A stretch of DNA of 63,986 nt, filler included, from Vicugna vicugna (GCA_013265495.1; 73 parts of 72 records of this genome joined end to end with filler, not necessarily neighbours in it), one strand, 5' to 3'. Positions 37,463 to 50,958 are shown, numbered from the whole stretch's first letter. Translations and numbers: made by a program. Notes: generated by a model from the letters alone, not told the origin.

Positions 37463-39605
37463 CTTTTCGGGGAAGTCCGAGAAATACCTTCCCTGAGCTT
37501 GAGGAGGAAACCTCTGTCACTGGGATTTCCTGCAAACCCCCACTAGCATTCCCTGGCACAGAGANNNNNNNNNNNNNNNNNNNNNNNNNNNNNNNNNNNN
37601 NNNNNNNNNNNNNNNNNNNNNNNNNNNNNNNNNNNNNNNNNNNNNNNNNNNNNNNNNNNNNNNNNNNNNNNNNNNNNNNNNNNNNNNNNNNNNNNNNNNN
37701 NNNNNNNNNNNNNNNNNNNNNNNNNNNNNNNNNNNNNNNNNNNNNNNNNNNNNNNNNNNNNNNNNNNNNNNNNNNNNNNNNNNNNNNNNNNNNNNNNNNN
37801 NNNNNNNNNNNNNNNNNNNNNNNNNNNNNNNNNNNNNNNNNNNNNNNNNNNNNNNNNNNNNNNNNNNNNNNNNNNNNNNNNNNNNNNNNNNNNNNNNNNN
37901 NNNNNNNNNNNNNNNNNNNNNNNNNNNNNNNNNNNNNNNNNNNNNNNNNNNNNNNNNNNNNNNNNNNNNNNNNNNNNNNNNNNNNNNNNNNNNNNNNNNN
38001 NNNNNNNNNNNNNNNNNNNNNNNNNNNNNTCAGGATTCCCATTGTCAGTGCGTGGGGGAGCTCGAGAGACAACTCCACGCAGCTCTCTTCAGTCACAGGT
38101 GTTCCCTGTTCGGGGAAGTCCGAGAAATACCTTCCCTGACCTTGGGGAGGGGAGGNNNNNNNNNNNNNNNNNNNNNNNNNNNNNNNNNNNNNNNNNNNNN
38201 NNNNNNNNNNNNNNNNNNNNNNNNNNNNNNNNNNNNNNNNNNNNNNNNNNNNNNNNNNNNNNNNNNNNNNNNNNNNNNNNNNNNNNNNNNNNNNNNNNNN
38301 NNNNNNNNNNNNNNNNNNNNNNNNNNNNNNNNNNNNNNNNNNNNNNNNNNNNNNNNNNNNNNNNNNNNNNNNNNNNNNNNNNNNNNNNNNNNNNNNNNNN
38401 NNNNNNNNNNNNNNNNNNNNNNNNNNNNNNNNNNNNNNNNTGAACCTCCCCACGCTCAGGATTCCGGAAACATTGTCAGTGCGTGGGGGAGCTCGTGAGA
38501 CAACTCAACGCAGCTCTCTTCAGTCACAGGTGTTCCCTGTCCGGGGAAGTCCGAAAAATACCTTTCCTGACCTTGGGGAGGCAGCCTCTGACACTGGGAT
38601 TTCCTGCAAACCCCCCCTAGCATTCCCTGGCACAGAGCCATTAGGAACACNNNNNNNNNNNNNNNNNNNNNNNNNNNNNNNNNNNNNNNNNNNNNNNNNN
38701 NNNNNNNNNNNNNNNNNNNNNNNNNNNNNNNNNNNNNNNNNNNNNNNNNNNNNNNNNNNNNNNNNNNNNNNNNNNNNNNNNNNNNNNNNNNNNNNNNNNN
38801 NNNNNNNNNNNNNNNNNNNNNNNNNNNNNNNNNNNNNNNNNNNNNNNNNNNNNNNNNNNNNNNNNNNNNNNNNNNNNNNNNNNNNNNNNNNNNNNNNNNN
38901 NNNNNNNNNNNNNNNNNNNNNNNNNNNNNNNNNNNNNNNNNNNNNNNNNNNNNNNNNNNNNNNNNNNNNNNNNNNNNNNNNNNNNNNNNNNNNNNNNNNN
39001 NNNNNNNNNNNNNNNNNNNNNNNNNNNNNNNNNNNNNNNNNNNNNNNNNNNNNNNNNNNTGTTCCCTGTTCGGGGAAGTCCGAGAAATACCTTCCCTGAC
39101 TTTGGGGAGGCAGCCTCTGTCACTGGGATTTCCTGCAAAACCCCCCCAGCATTCCCTGGCACAGAACATTAGGAAACCCTCAGGGGAGACGAGCTCAGGT
39201 ATCCCGTTTGAACACACGCGCTGCCGACCGTTGGTGGAACCTCCCCACGCTCAGGATTCCGGAACCATTGTCAGTGCGTGGGGGAGCTCGAGAGACAACT
39301 CCACGCAGCTCTCTTCAGTCACAGGTGTTCCCACTTCCCTGACCTTGGGGAGGCAACCTCTGTCACTGGGATTTTCTGCAAACCCCCCCTAGCATTCCCT
39401 GGCACAGAGACATTAGGAAAACCCTAATGGGAGACGAGCTCTGGCATCCCGTTTGAACCCACGCGCTGACGACCGTTGGTGGAACCTCCCCACGCTCAGG
39501 ATTCCGGTACGATTGTCAGTGCTGGGGGAGTTCGAGAAACAACTCCACGCAGCTCTCTCTAGTCAAGGTGTTCCCTGTTCGGGGAAGTCCGAGAAATACC
39601 TTCCC
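37463..39605. repeat. SatA satellite, gapped
   Basis: SatA landmarks; one monomer has a short internal deletion near 39332. Confidence 0.95.
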
Positions 39606-39705
39606 NNNNNNNNNNNNNNNNNNNNNNNNNNNNNNNNNNNNNNNNNNNNTTAATTAATTAANNNNNNNNNNNNNNNNNNNNNNNNNNNNNNNNNNNNNNN
39701 NNNNN

Positions 39706-40506
39706 AGAAAACTGAATATACAATTTAGAATATAGAATGTATAACACAAATTTAGAATAAAGAATAAATAATACTGAATATAAAATTTAGAATATAGAAT
39801 GTAGAACACAGAATATAGAATGTAGAAAAGAGAATTTAGAATCCAGATATAAGAACATGGAATTCTGAACACAGAATATAAAATATAGAACACATAATAC
39901 TGAATATAGAATTTAGAATATAGAAAGTAGAACACAGATTATAGAATATAGAATAGAGAAAAATGAATATGCAGTTTAGAATATAGAATGTAGAACACAG
40001 AATATACAATGTAGAATACAGAATATAGAATCCAGGAAAAAGAACATGCTTAGCAGAACACAGAATTTAGAATATAGAATACAGAATACTGAATATTCTA
40101 TTTAGAATATATAAAGTAGATCACAGAATATAGAGTATAGAATAGAGAATTTTGAATATGGAATGCAGAACANNNNNNNNNNNNNNNNNNNNNNNNNNNN
40201 NNNNNNNNNNNNNNNNNNNNNNNNNNNNNNNNNNNNNNNNNNNNNNNNNNNNNNNNNNNNNNNNNNNNNNNNNNNNNNNNNNNNNNNNNNNNNNNNNNNN
40301 NNNNNNNNNNNNNNNNNNNNNNNNNNNNNNNNNNNNNNNNNNNNNNNNNNNNNNNNNNNNNNNNNNNNNNNNNNNNNNNNNNNNNNNNTACTGAATATTT
40401 AGAATATAGAATGTAGAACACAGAATTTAGAACATAGAATACAGAATATTGAATAAAAAACTTACAATATAGAATGTAGAACACAGAATATAGAATGTAG
40501 AATACA
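39706..40506. repeat. SatC satellite
   Basis: (AGAATAT)n. Confidence 0.93.
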
Positions 40507-40606
40507 NNNNNNNNNNNNNNNNNNNNNNNNNNNNNNNNNNNNNNNNNNNNTTAATTAATTAANNNNNNNNNNNNNNNNNNNNNNNNNNNNNNNNNNNNNN
40601 NNNNNN

Positions 40607-41086
40607 CTGACAATTGTTCCGGAATACTGAGTGTGGGGAGGTTCCACCAACAGTCGGCAGGGCGTCGGTTCTAACTGAAAGCCTAAGCTCGTCTCCCCTG
40701 AGGGTTTTCCTAATGTCTCTGTGCCAGGGAATGCTAGGGGGATTTGCAGGATATCCCAGTGACAGAGGCTGCCTCCCCANNNNNNNNNNNNNNNNNNNNN
40801 NNNNNNNNNNNNNNNNNNNNNNNNNNNNNNNNNNNNNNNNNNNCCCACGCACTGACAATGGTTCCGGAATCCTGAGCGTGTGAAGGTTCCACCAACGGTC
40901 GGCAGGGCGTGGGTTCTAACGGAAAGCCTAAGCTCGTCTCCCCTGAGTGTTTCCCTAATGTCTCTGTGCCAGGGAATGCTAGGGGGGTTTACAGGATACC
41001 CCAGTGACAGAGGCTGCCTCCCCAAGTCAGGGAAGGTTTTACTCGGACTTCGCCGATCAGGGAACACCTGTGACTGAAGAGAGCTG
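40607..41086. repeat. SatA satellite, reverse orientation
   Basis: SatA landmarks. Confidence 0.95.
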
Positions 41087-41801
41087 NNNNNNNNNNNNNN
41101 NNNNNNNNNNNNNNNNNNNNNNNNNNNNNNTTAATTAATTAANNNNNNNNNNNNNNNNNNNNNNNNNNNNNNNNNNNNNNNNNNNNTTTCATGTTTCCAA
41201 TAGTTATTTCATCGTTCCTGTTGGTCTCGGATGCTTCAACGGAAAAGAGCTGACATGACCCCTTTAACAGTTTGGACTGCTAGTTTGCATTCTATCTGTC
41301 TAGGTTTTCCGTAGAGCTGACAAAATGTAACCAAAATTGAGAAGTGTGGATTCTAGGTCGATTTAGTGTGTTTCAAAAAATAACTTCATTTTCGTATAAC
41401 TCCCAAAACATGGAAATGAATTCTGTTAAAANNNNNNNNNNNNNNNNNNNNNNNNNNNNNNNNNNNNNNNNNNNNNNNNNNNNNNNNNNNNNNNNNNNNN
41501 NNNNNNNNNNNNNNNNNNNNNNNNNNNNNNNNNNNNNNNNNNNNNNNNNNNNNNNNNNNNNNNNNNNNNNNNNNNNNNNNNNNNNNNNNNNNNNNNNNNN
41601 NNNNNNNNNNNNNNNNNNNNNNNNNNNNNNNNNNNNNNNNNNNNNNNNACAGACTTTGACACAGGACACTTGCCAAAGAGAGGTCTGTTACTTCCAAAGA
41701 CNNNNNNNNNNNNNNNNNNNNNNNNNNNNNNNNNNNNNNNNNNNNTTAATTAATTAANNNNNNNNNNNNNNNNNNNNNNNNNNNNNNNNNNNNNNNNNNN
41801 N

Positions 41802-42233
41802 TAAATTACATATTTGTTAGGTGGAAATCACTCCAGAACTATTTTTTTGTGAAAAATGGACGAATTCGTACCTGGTGATAGGGAAAGCTTGTGAAAATGT
41901 GTACACGTGTATAGATGAAAATATTCCTTTTATAGAGGATGAAAGATTAGTAATCCACATGCTCTCAACTCAGGAATGCATGTTTGTCAAATTCGTCATG
42001 TATGTAGCATGNNNNNNNNNNNNNNNNNNNNNNNNNNNNNNNNNNNNNNNNNNNNNNNNNNNNNNNNNNNNNNNNNNNNNNNNNNNNNNNNNNNNNNNNN
42101 NNNNNNNNNNNNNNNNNNNNNNNNNNNNNNNNNNNNNNNNNNNNNNNNNNNNNNNNNNNNNNNNNNNNNNNNNNNNNNNNNTTTGTTTGTTGAAACATCT
42201 GTCATGCGCATGTTAACAACTCAGAAATGCATG
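41802..42233. repeat. SatE satellite, reverse orientation
   Basis: Matches 56275-56480. Confidence 0.92.
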
Positions 42234-42333
42234 NNNNNNNNNNNNNNNNNNNNNNNNNNNNNNNNNNNNNNNNNNNNTTAATTAATTAANNNNNNNNNNN
42301 NNNNNNNNNNNNNNNNNNNNNNNNNNNNNNNNN

Positions 42334-42814
42334 TGTGCCAGGGAAAGCTAGGGGGATTTGCAGGATATCCCAGTGACAAAGGCTGACACCCCAAATTCAG
42401 GGAAGGTAGTTCACGGACTTCCCCGAACAGGGAAAACCTGTGACTGAAGAGAGCTGCGTGGAGTTGTCTCTCGAACTCCCACACGCACTGTCAATGATTC
42501 CGGAATCCTGAGAGTGGGGAGGTTCCAACNNNNNNNNNNNNNNNNNNNNNNNTGCCTAAGCTCGTCTCCCCTGAGGATTTTCCTAATATCTATGTACCAG
42601 GGAATGCTACGGGTGATTGCAGGATATCCCATTGTCAGATGCTGCTTCCCAAAGTTCAGGGAAGGTATTTCTCAGACTTCCCATAACAGGGAACACCTGT
42701 GACTGAAGAGAGCTGTGTGGAGTTATCTCTCGAGCTTCCCCAAGCACTGACAATGGTTCTGGAATCCTCAGATTACGGAGGTTCCACCAACGGTCGGCAG
42801 CGCGTGGGTTCTAA
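42334..42814. repeat. SatA satellite, reverse orientation
   Basis: SatA landmarks. Confidence 0.95.
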
Positions 42815-42914
42815 NNNNNNNNNNNNNNNNNNNNNNNNNNNNNNNNNNNNNNNNNNNNTTAATTAATTAANNNNNNNNNNNNNNNNNNNNNNNNNNNNNN
42901 NNNNNNNNNNNNNN

Positions 42915-43736
42915 TGCAAACCCCCCTAGCATTCCCTGGCACAGGGATATTAGGAAAAATTTAGGGGATATGAGCTTAGGCTTTCCGTTAGAACCCACAC
43001 GCTGCCGACCGTTGGTGGAACCTCCCCACGCTCAGGATTCCGGAANNNNNNNNNNNNNNNNNNNNNNNNNNNNNNNNNNNNNNNNNNNNNNNNNNNNNNN
43101 NNNNNNNNNNNNNNNNNNNNNNNNNNNNNNNNNNNNNNNNNNNNNNNNNNNNNNNNNNNNNNNNNNNNNNNNNNNNNNNNNNNNNNNNNNNNNNNNNNNN
43201 NNNNNNNNNNNNNNNNNNNNNNNNNNNNNNNNNNNNNNNNNNNNNNNNNNNNNNNNNNNNNNGCTGCCGACCGTTGGTGAAACCTCCCCACACTGAGGAT
43301 TCCGGAATCATTGTCAGTGCGTGGGGGAGGTCGAGAGACAACTGCACGCAGCTGTCTTCAGTCACAGGTGTTCCCTCTGCGGGGAAGTCCGAGAAATACC
43401 TTCCCTGACCTTGGGGAGGGAGCATCTTTCACTGGAATATCCTGCAAACCGCCCTAGCATTCCCTGGCACAGAGACATAAGGAAAACCCTCAGGGGAGAC
43501 GAGCTTAGGCTTTCCGTTAGAACCCACGCGCTCCCGACCGTTGGTGGAACCTCCCCACGCTCAGGATTCCGGAACCATTGTCAGTGCTTGGGGGAGCTCG
43601 AGAGACAACTCCACGCAGCTCTCTTCAGTCACAGGTGTTCCCTGTTCGGGGCAGTCTGAGAAATACCTTCCCTGACCTTGGGGAGGTAGCATCTTTCACT
43701 GGAATATCCTGCAAACCGCCCTAGCATTCCCTGGCA
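42915..43736. repeat. SatA satellite
   Basis: SatA landmarks; adjacent monomers share AGCATCTTTCACTGGAATATCCTGCAAACCGCC. Confidence 0.95.
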
Positions 43737-43836
43737 NNNNNNNNNNNNNNNNNNNNNNNNNNNNNNNNNNNNNNNNNNNNTTAATTAATTAANNNNNNNN
43801 NNNNNNNNNNNNNNNNNNNNNNNNNNNNNNNNNNNN

Positions 43837-44758
43837 GGCGGAGGATGGGGGCGGCTGCACGGAGGCAGCTCCAGGGGACTGAAAGGGGCTGGGTGCCGTG
43901 GCTGTGGGTGTAAAGGACAGAACAACCTGGGCCCTCCATAAAACAGCAAGGTTGATGTGCTCTCGGTGGAAGGGTGCATACCCCCATCTCTGAAAACCCA
44001 CGGAAACTTTTCAGGGGAAGAAAGGCAGGGCCCAGCCCAACCATATTCTCCGGCGCTTAGCACCCAGGAGGGGGCAGAGGCGAAACCTGCGTCCGCACCG
44101 AAGGGCTTAGCAGCCTCAAGGGCCAGACTGAGACGGGCCTACAGCCTGGGGCAGATAGGATCCTTCCATCCTGGTCCCTCAGAGAACTTGCTCCACAAAG
44201 ACAAACAAGGAGCTGGGTCTTGGTTCGGAGCAGGGACGAGGCTGCCCCTCGGTCTTCCCCGAGCCCACCCGCAGAGCGCGACCAGGGCGGAGCGCCGACC
44301 AGGGCTGAACGCGCAGCCGCACAGAGCAGTGGAATTACCTGCAGTGCAGGCAGAGGGAGAGCGGCCCCCAGCCTGTCGGGCAGGAACACAGCCCCTGACC
44401 GAGGTGCTGGGAGGGGGCACGACCCGCCCTCCTGCCTGGCAAGTCTGCAACATCTGACTGCGGCATCCGGAGGGGNNNNNNNNNNNNNNNNNNNNNNNNN
44501 NNNNNNNNNNNNNNNNNNNNNNNNNNNNNNNNNNNNNNNNNNNNNNNNNNNNNNNNNNNNNNNNNNNNNNNNNNNNNNNNNNNNNNNNNNNNNNNNNNNN
44601 NNNNNNNNNNNNNNNNNNNNNNNNNNNNNNNNNNNNNNNNNNNNNNNNNNNNNNNNNNNNNNNNNNNNNNNNNNNNNNNNNNNNNNNNNNNNNNNNTTTT
44701 TGTTTTTGTTTTTGTTTTGTTATTTTTTTAATCTGTTTTTACCTGTTCTATTTTCAAT
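43837..44758 (+). mobile_element. Probable LINE-1 5'UTR (CpG-rich internal promoter plus T-rich tract)
   Basis: GC/CpG-rich 43837-44475 followed by a T-rich tract at 44697-44758. A homologous copy at 7491-7636 is physically joined to L1 ORF2. Confidence 0.7.
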
Positions 44759-44858
44759 NNNNNNNNNNNNNNNNNNNNNNNNNNNNNNNNNNNNNNNNNN
44801 NNTTAATTAATTAANNNNNNNNNNNNNNNNNNNNNNNNNNNNNNNNNNNNNNNNNNNN

Positions 44859-45653
44859 TATTCTGTATACTATATTCTATATTCTGTGTTCTACACTCTT
44901 TATCCTAGATTCTATATTCTGTATTCTATATTCTATACTCTGTATTCTGCATTCCATGTTCTAAATTCTGGGTTCTGTATTCTGAAATCTATATTCGATA
45001 TTCTGTGTTCTATATTCTGTTTTCTATATTCTATACTCTGTATTCTGCATTCCATGTTCTAAATTCTGGGTTCTGTATTCTGAAATCTATATTCGATATT
45101 CTGTGTTCTATATTCTGTTTTCTGCATTCCATGTTCTTAATTTTGTGTTCTTTATTCTGTATTTCTGCTCGGAATTCCATGTTCTAAATTCTGGGTTCTG
45201 TATTCTGAAATCTATATTCGATATTCTGTGTTCTACATTCTACATTCTACATTCTTTATTCTGTATTCTGAATTCTATATTCTATAATTGAGTTCTACAT
45301 TCTATATTCTGCATTCTATATTCTGTATTTTGTATTTTATATTCTAAATTCCGTGTTGTAAAATCTATATTGTGTATTCTGTATTCCATATTCTAAATTC
45401 TGTGTTCTGCATTCCATGTTCTAAATTCTGGGTTCTGCATTCTGTATTCTATATTCAGTATTCTGTATTCCACATTCTGTATTCTACATTCTAACTATAT
45501 TCTGTGTATCCTATATTCTATATTTTGTGTTCTTAATTCTATATTCTACATTCTATATTCTGAATTCCGTATTTATATTCTATATTCTGGGTTCTACATC
45601 TATTTTCAAAATTCTATATTCTGTATTCTGTATTCTATATTCTGAATTCTGTG
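44859..45653. repeat. SatC satellite
   Basis: Heptamer units; 98-bp duplication (CATTCCATG at 44950, 45048). Confidence 0.93.
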
Positions 45654-46550
45654 NNNNNNNNNNNNNNNNNNNNNNNNNNNNNNNNNNNNNNNNNNNNTTA
45701 ATTAATTAANNNNNNNNNNNNNNNNNNNNNNNNNNNNNNNNNNNNNNNNNNNNACCTCAGTCGTGAGAAAGCAGGGGCTATGAGGCACCTGCCCAGGTGG
45801 ACAGGTCCTGCACCGCTACCCTGTTAGCGGAACCGGTGTCAGCTCTCTGCTCTCTCTGGCTTCACGCCGTTAGAGCCCAGCAGTGGCAGGCTCTCCCCCG
45901 TGACAGCAGAAGAACTGCACGGGCCCCACTCCTCTCCATCCCGAGGGCTGTCATTATGTCGGGGGTAACTCTCCGGAGGACAGAGGAAGTTCCTTTTCCT
46001 CAGAAGCCTCAGCAGGTGTCTCCTGGCACTCCTCTGGTTCCAGCTGAGTTATGGCCCTTCCCCTAAACTAATCACCATGGGAGATGCTGGTCCATTTAGG
46101 GCAGTCGGGCTACTCCAGGACATGAGGTTGTGAATGAAGAGAGGAACAGTTTTCCAAAGCAAGCTGAGAAAAAAATGACAAATGTCCTCAAAAATGCTGA
46201 AAATTTAAGTAGTATCAGTCTGATGTTACCAGTTCCCATAGTTTATGTTGTTTTATTCTAACAGAAAATGCATTAGCAGAGTTCTTATTTTATATATTCT
46301 TCATCATAATTGTCATTTGTTTATATTTGTCCTTATTTTGTGTTCCTTATAGAAACTGTAAAAACTGTAAATTTTGTATTTTGCGATTCTAAGGAGCACT
46401 GGGTTTTTTTTTTCCCCTCGTTATACCTTCTTTAAGTTCAAAGTGTGTTTNNNNNNNNNNNNNNNNNNNNNNNNNNNNNNNNNNNNNNNNNNNNTTAATT
46501 AATTAANNNNNNNNNNNNNNNNNNNNNNNNNNNNNNNNNNNNNNNNNNNN

Positions 46551-47412
46551 TATCTACTCTTTATTCTATATTCTGTGTTCTTCATTCTATATTCTTAATA
46601 ATCTATTCAGTTTTCTACGTTCTATATTCTAAATTCTGTGTTCTGCATTCTATGTTCTAAATTCTATATTCTGTATTATGTATTCTATATTCTAAATTCT
46701 GTGTTCTGCATTCCGTGTTTAAGTTCTGGGTTCTATATTCACTATTCTATATTCTATACTTGTGTTCTTCATTCTATATTCTACATACTATATTCTGCAT
46801 TCCCTATTCTATATTCTATATTCTGTGTTCTACATTCTATATTCTAAAATCTTTATTCAGTTTTCTGTATTCTAAAATTCTCAGTTCTGCATCCATTTCT
46901 ATATTCTGGGTTCTATATCCTCTATTCTATATTCTATATTTTGTGTTATTCAGTCTATATAGTACCTTCTATTTTCTCCATCCGTTGTCTGTATTCTATA
47001 TTCTGTGTTATTCATTCTATATTCTAAATTCTATATACAGTATTGTGCATTCTATATTCTAAATTCTGTGTTCTGCATTCAATGTTCTAAATTCTATGTA
47101 CAGTATTCTCTATTCTATATTCTAAATTCTGTGTTCTGTTTTCCAAGTTCTAAATTCTGGGTTCTATATTCTCTATTGTATATTCTATATTGTGTTTTGT
47201 ACATTCTATATTCTAAATTCTATATTCAGTTTTCTGCATTTATATTCTTAATTCTGTGTTCTGCATTCCATATTCTAAATTCTGTATTCAGTTTTCTGTA
47301 TTCCATATTCTATATTCTGTGATTTACATTCTATATTCTAAATACTATATTCAGTATTCTGTACTCCATAATCTAAATTCTGTGTTCTACAATCTATATT
47401 CTAAATTCTATA
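46551..47412. repeat. SatC satellite
   Basis: (TATTCTA)n with TTCTAAATTCTGTGTTCTGCATTC landmarks. Confidence 0.93.
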
Positions 47413-47512
47413 NNNNNNNNNNNNNNNNNNNNNNNNNNNNNNNNNNNNNNNNNNNNTTAATTAATTAANNNNNNNNNNNNNNNNNNNNNNNNNNNNNNNN
47501 NNNNNNNNNNNN

Positions 47513-47674
47513 CTATAAAACTTTTCCCCCAAAATTTTCAGGGAATTTGAGTTTTGGAGGTGTGGGACACATATCTTCCTTCTTTATCCCTGCAATAAAC
47601 CTTTCTCTCCTCTAAACTCCGATGTATCTGTTTGTTTAGCCTCATTGTGCATCGGGCACACAAAATTTTGTTCA
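47513..47674 (+). mobile_element. Possible ERV LTR 3' half
   Basis: TATAAAA, then GCAATAAACCTTTCTCT poly(A) signal and a U5-like GT-rich tail. Confidence 0.5.
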
Positions 47675-48111
47675 NNNNNNNNNNNNNNNNNNNNNNNNNN
47701 NNNNNNNNNNNNNNNNNNNNNNNNNNNNNNNNNNNNNNNNNNNNNNNNNNNNNNNNNNNNNNNNNNNNNNNNNNNNNNNNNNNNNNNNNNNNNNNNNNNN
47801 NNNNNNNNNNNNNNNNNNNNNNNNNNNNNNNNNNNNNNNNNNNNNAGAATAAAGGATTTTTTTAAGTTAAAATGTCACATTCTCTGAAATCTCTGACCTC
47901 TTCAGGCATGCTTACTGAGTTCCACACACTGTTCATTCTAAATTACACTGTGTGTCACAGTGTAACTGTAGTTATTTGATGTGATTAACCTCTCTAAATA
48001 CACCAAATAAANNNNNNNNNNNNNNNNNNNNNNNNNNNNNNNNNNNNNNNNNNNNTTAATTAATTAANNNNNNNNNNNNNNNNNNNNNNNNNNNNNNNNN
48101 NNNNNNNNNNN

Positions 48112-48616
48112 TTCTAATAGAATCCCTTAGCTTGTCTTCCCTGATGGCATGCCTATCCTGGAGAGTGGGAGAAAGTGGGGCTTGGGCTTGAAGTCCAAGT
48201 AGCAACGAGTGCCCCCCGATTTACTGAGGAAGTACTTAGAGGATTTCACCCTAAAATGGAACACCTGTGCCCCCATTCATCTGCGTGGACTGGGTCTCCA
48301 CACCTCCCCCACACACAAGGCTGGGATCCAGAATCCTGAGGAAGTTCCTCCAAATGACAGCAGCGCCTGCGTTCCAATGGAATATCTCAGCTTGTATTCC
48401 CTTAGTGTTTCCCTAGGCCGGGCTGTGAGCAAAAACTGGGGGTTTGGCTTGGAGGCCAAGTAGCAGCTTGTGCCAACCAATTGACTGAGGATGTTCTTAG
48501 GGAACTCCCCTACCGCGGAACACCTGTGTCACCATTCATCTGCGTGGATTGGGGCTGCACACCCCCCCCCTCACACAAGAGTTTCTCCGGAGTCCTGAGA
48601 GTTGGGAAGTTCCTCC
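48112..48616. repeat. SatD satellite (monomers closest to SatA)
   Basis: Collinear with the reverse complement of SatA. Confidence 0.92.
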
Positions 48617-48716
48617 NNNNNNNNNNNNNNNNNNNNNNNNNNNNNNNNNNNNNNNNNNNNTTAATTAATTAANNNNNNNNNNNNNNNNNNNNNNNNNNNN
48701 NNNNNNNNNNNNNNNN

Positions 48717-49224
48717 GTTCTAATAGAATCCCTTAGCTTGTAATCCCTGAGTGTTTCCTTAAGACTGACTCTGATAGAAACCTGGGGATTGGGCTTTGAG
48801 GCCAAATAGTAGCGAGTGCCCCCCGATGTGCTGAGGAAGTATTTAGCTGAATTCTCCATAAAGGGAAACACCTGAGCACCCATTCATCTGCATGGAGTGG
48901 GGCTTCATACCTCCCCACCACACAAGGATGGGTTCCAGGTTCCTGACGGTGGGGTAGTTCCTCCTACTAACATCAGCGTCTTGGTTTTAATAGAATCCCT
49001 TTGCTTGTCTTCCCTGATGGTTTTCCTAGGCCAGTGTGTGGTTGAAAGTGGGATTTGGGCTCTAAAACTAAGTATCAGCGTGTGCTTCTCTATGGGTAGT
49101 GGAGATGTATAAACTACAACCCACAACTTTTGAATTACTGAGACCCCTGAAAAATGAGCACCTCCAGCACACACACGACGTTTCTGGTATCCTGAGTGTG
49201 GGGAGGCTCCTGCAACTGACAATA
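48717..49224. repeat. SatD satellite
   Basis: TTCTAATAGAATCCCTTAGCTTG; matches 30888-31059. Confidence 0.92.
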
Positions 49225-50958
49225 NNNNNNNNNNNNNNNNNNNNNNNNNNNNNNNNNNNNNNNNNNNNTTAATTAATTAANNNNNNNNNNNNNNNNNNNN
49301 NNNNNNNNNNNNNNNNNNNNNNNNAGAGCTCACTTCACCGTCCTCCCGTGGGCTCAGGCTCCAGAGAAATGAGCTGGTGAGTCTCCCTCTTTTCCAGAAG
49401 AAGGCACATTTAGCTGGTAGCCTTCTGTACCTCGCCAGACTTAGGATATTAGTTTGTTGGTTTAATTGTATTTTCTGTTGGCCATATCCTGACAGGAGAG
49501 AAATTTTTCCTCATGGTCATGTTTCAATTATCTCTTACTGAGAATTGCTGATCTGATAGTGTATGTATTATATTAACTTTGTAGACTAGTTATCATTTTT
49601 CTGTCTTTGCCCTTTAATTTTGTTTGCCCCTTCAATGTTCTATCCTATTTGGGGCCTTATTTTTTTTTTAATTNNNNNNNNNNNNNNNNNNNNNNNNNNN
49701 NNNNNNNNNNNNNNNNNTTAATTAATTAANNNNNNNNNNNNNNNNNNNNNNNNNNNNNNNNNNNNNNNNNNNNCTTAGCTCAGGCCTCTTTGGAATGGAC
49801 AAATGAACCTGGAGAAAGACAGTCAAATCTGTGCAGACATTAAAGTTCACTTGAACGTGCTCCATCCCTGAGCCAAAGATAGGACAAATATGCAGCACTT
49901 CTTGAGGACAGAGGAGTGGTTTTTAAGGTTCTCCAAGAATGAATCTCAGGGAACCGAGATGGCCAGTTGTCAAACTGTGACTTTGCTCTTTGGATGGTGT
50001 ACCCAGCAAGGGTATTGGCCTTTTATATGTTTCCATTTCTCTTTAATACATGTCTGTTGATGAGGACGTGGGCATAAGTGTTTGACACCTTGTCGAGGCG
50101 ACTTTGGATACCTGCCTAGAAGCACGGGCACAGTTGAGGCTGCATCATACATTTTGCTGCCCATCCCTTTCTCCGGCTCCGTGATCACGGCAGAGTGGTT
50201 CCTTGTTGACCTGTCCATCTCCTCTGTGACATCATAACCCATGAAAAGACCGGAGCATATTAACTTGGCTTTGTTAAAGTCAAAGGAACAGATCAAATAT
50301 GGAATCAGATGTGTTCTTTCCTATTTCAGTAGTGCCATGGAGAAGGCAGTTTGGGCAGCTTTTTGTAGTGTCCTGGAGGCTTTCTCTCTCAGGTTCTGGG
50401 CGCCTCTGTTGAAAACCCTTCATAGCTCTCTGGCCTGCTGGAAAAGCACTCTGCCTGTTTTGCCTTGAAGATGTGTTCTGTTTATACCTCATCTCTACTC
50501 CTTGGAAAACAACTCANNNNNNNNNNNNNNNNNNNNNNNNNNNNNNNNNNNNNNNNNNNNTTAATTAATTAANNNNNNNNNNNNNNNNNNNNNNNNNNNN
50601 NNNNNNNNNNNNNNNNATCACATCCTGTTTCCTTCATCACTGACGTATCTCACCACAACAGCTATTTCAAATTTTCTTGATCATATCTCTAATTCTTCTA
50701 ACATCATCTTTAGAATATTTTGCCTATAAGTAAATAAATGCCATTGGGAAGGAGAGCATTGTGTGCCCATAACTTGCTTTGTGCCTCCTTTGAGGTCACC
50801 TGAGCTGACCTCTTTGTGGACATAGTAATTACATTTATACTTGAAAGATAAAGAGGAATTTTTCGGGGTTATTCTGTACTAAGTTCTTATCCAGAATGAC
50901 CTTAGCAGGGCACCCAGGGTATTTCTAGATTATTCATTGCAAATAAACCAGGATTTGG

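Noticed and set aside
43957..44810. Overlapping GC-rich ORFs
   Set aside because: Expected from GC content in a probable L1 5'UTR; no domain recognised.
49325..49382. Possible exon end with donor G|GTGAGT
   Set aside because: Only about 50 bp upstream is visible and no peptide is identifiable.
49970..50492. ORFs of 70-108 aa in unique DNA
   Set aside because: No recognisable homology or splice structure; lengths are compatible with chance.
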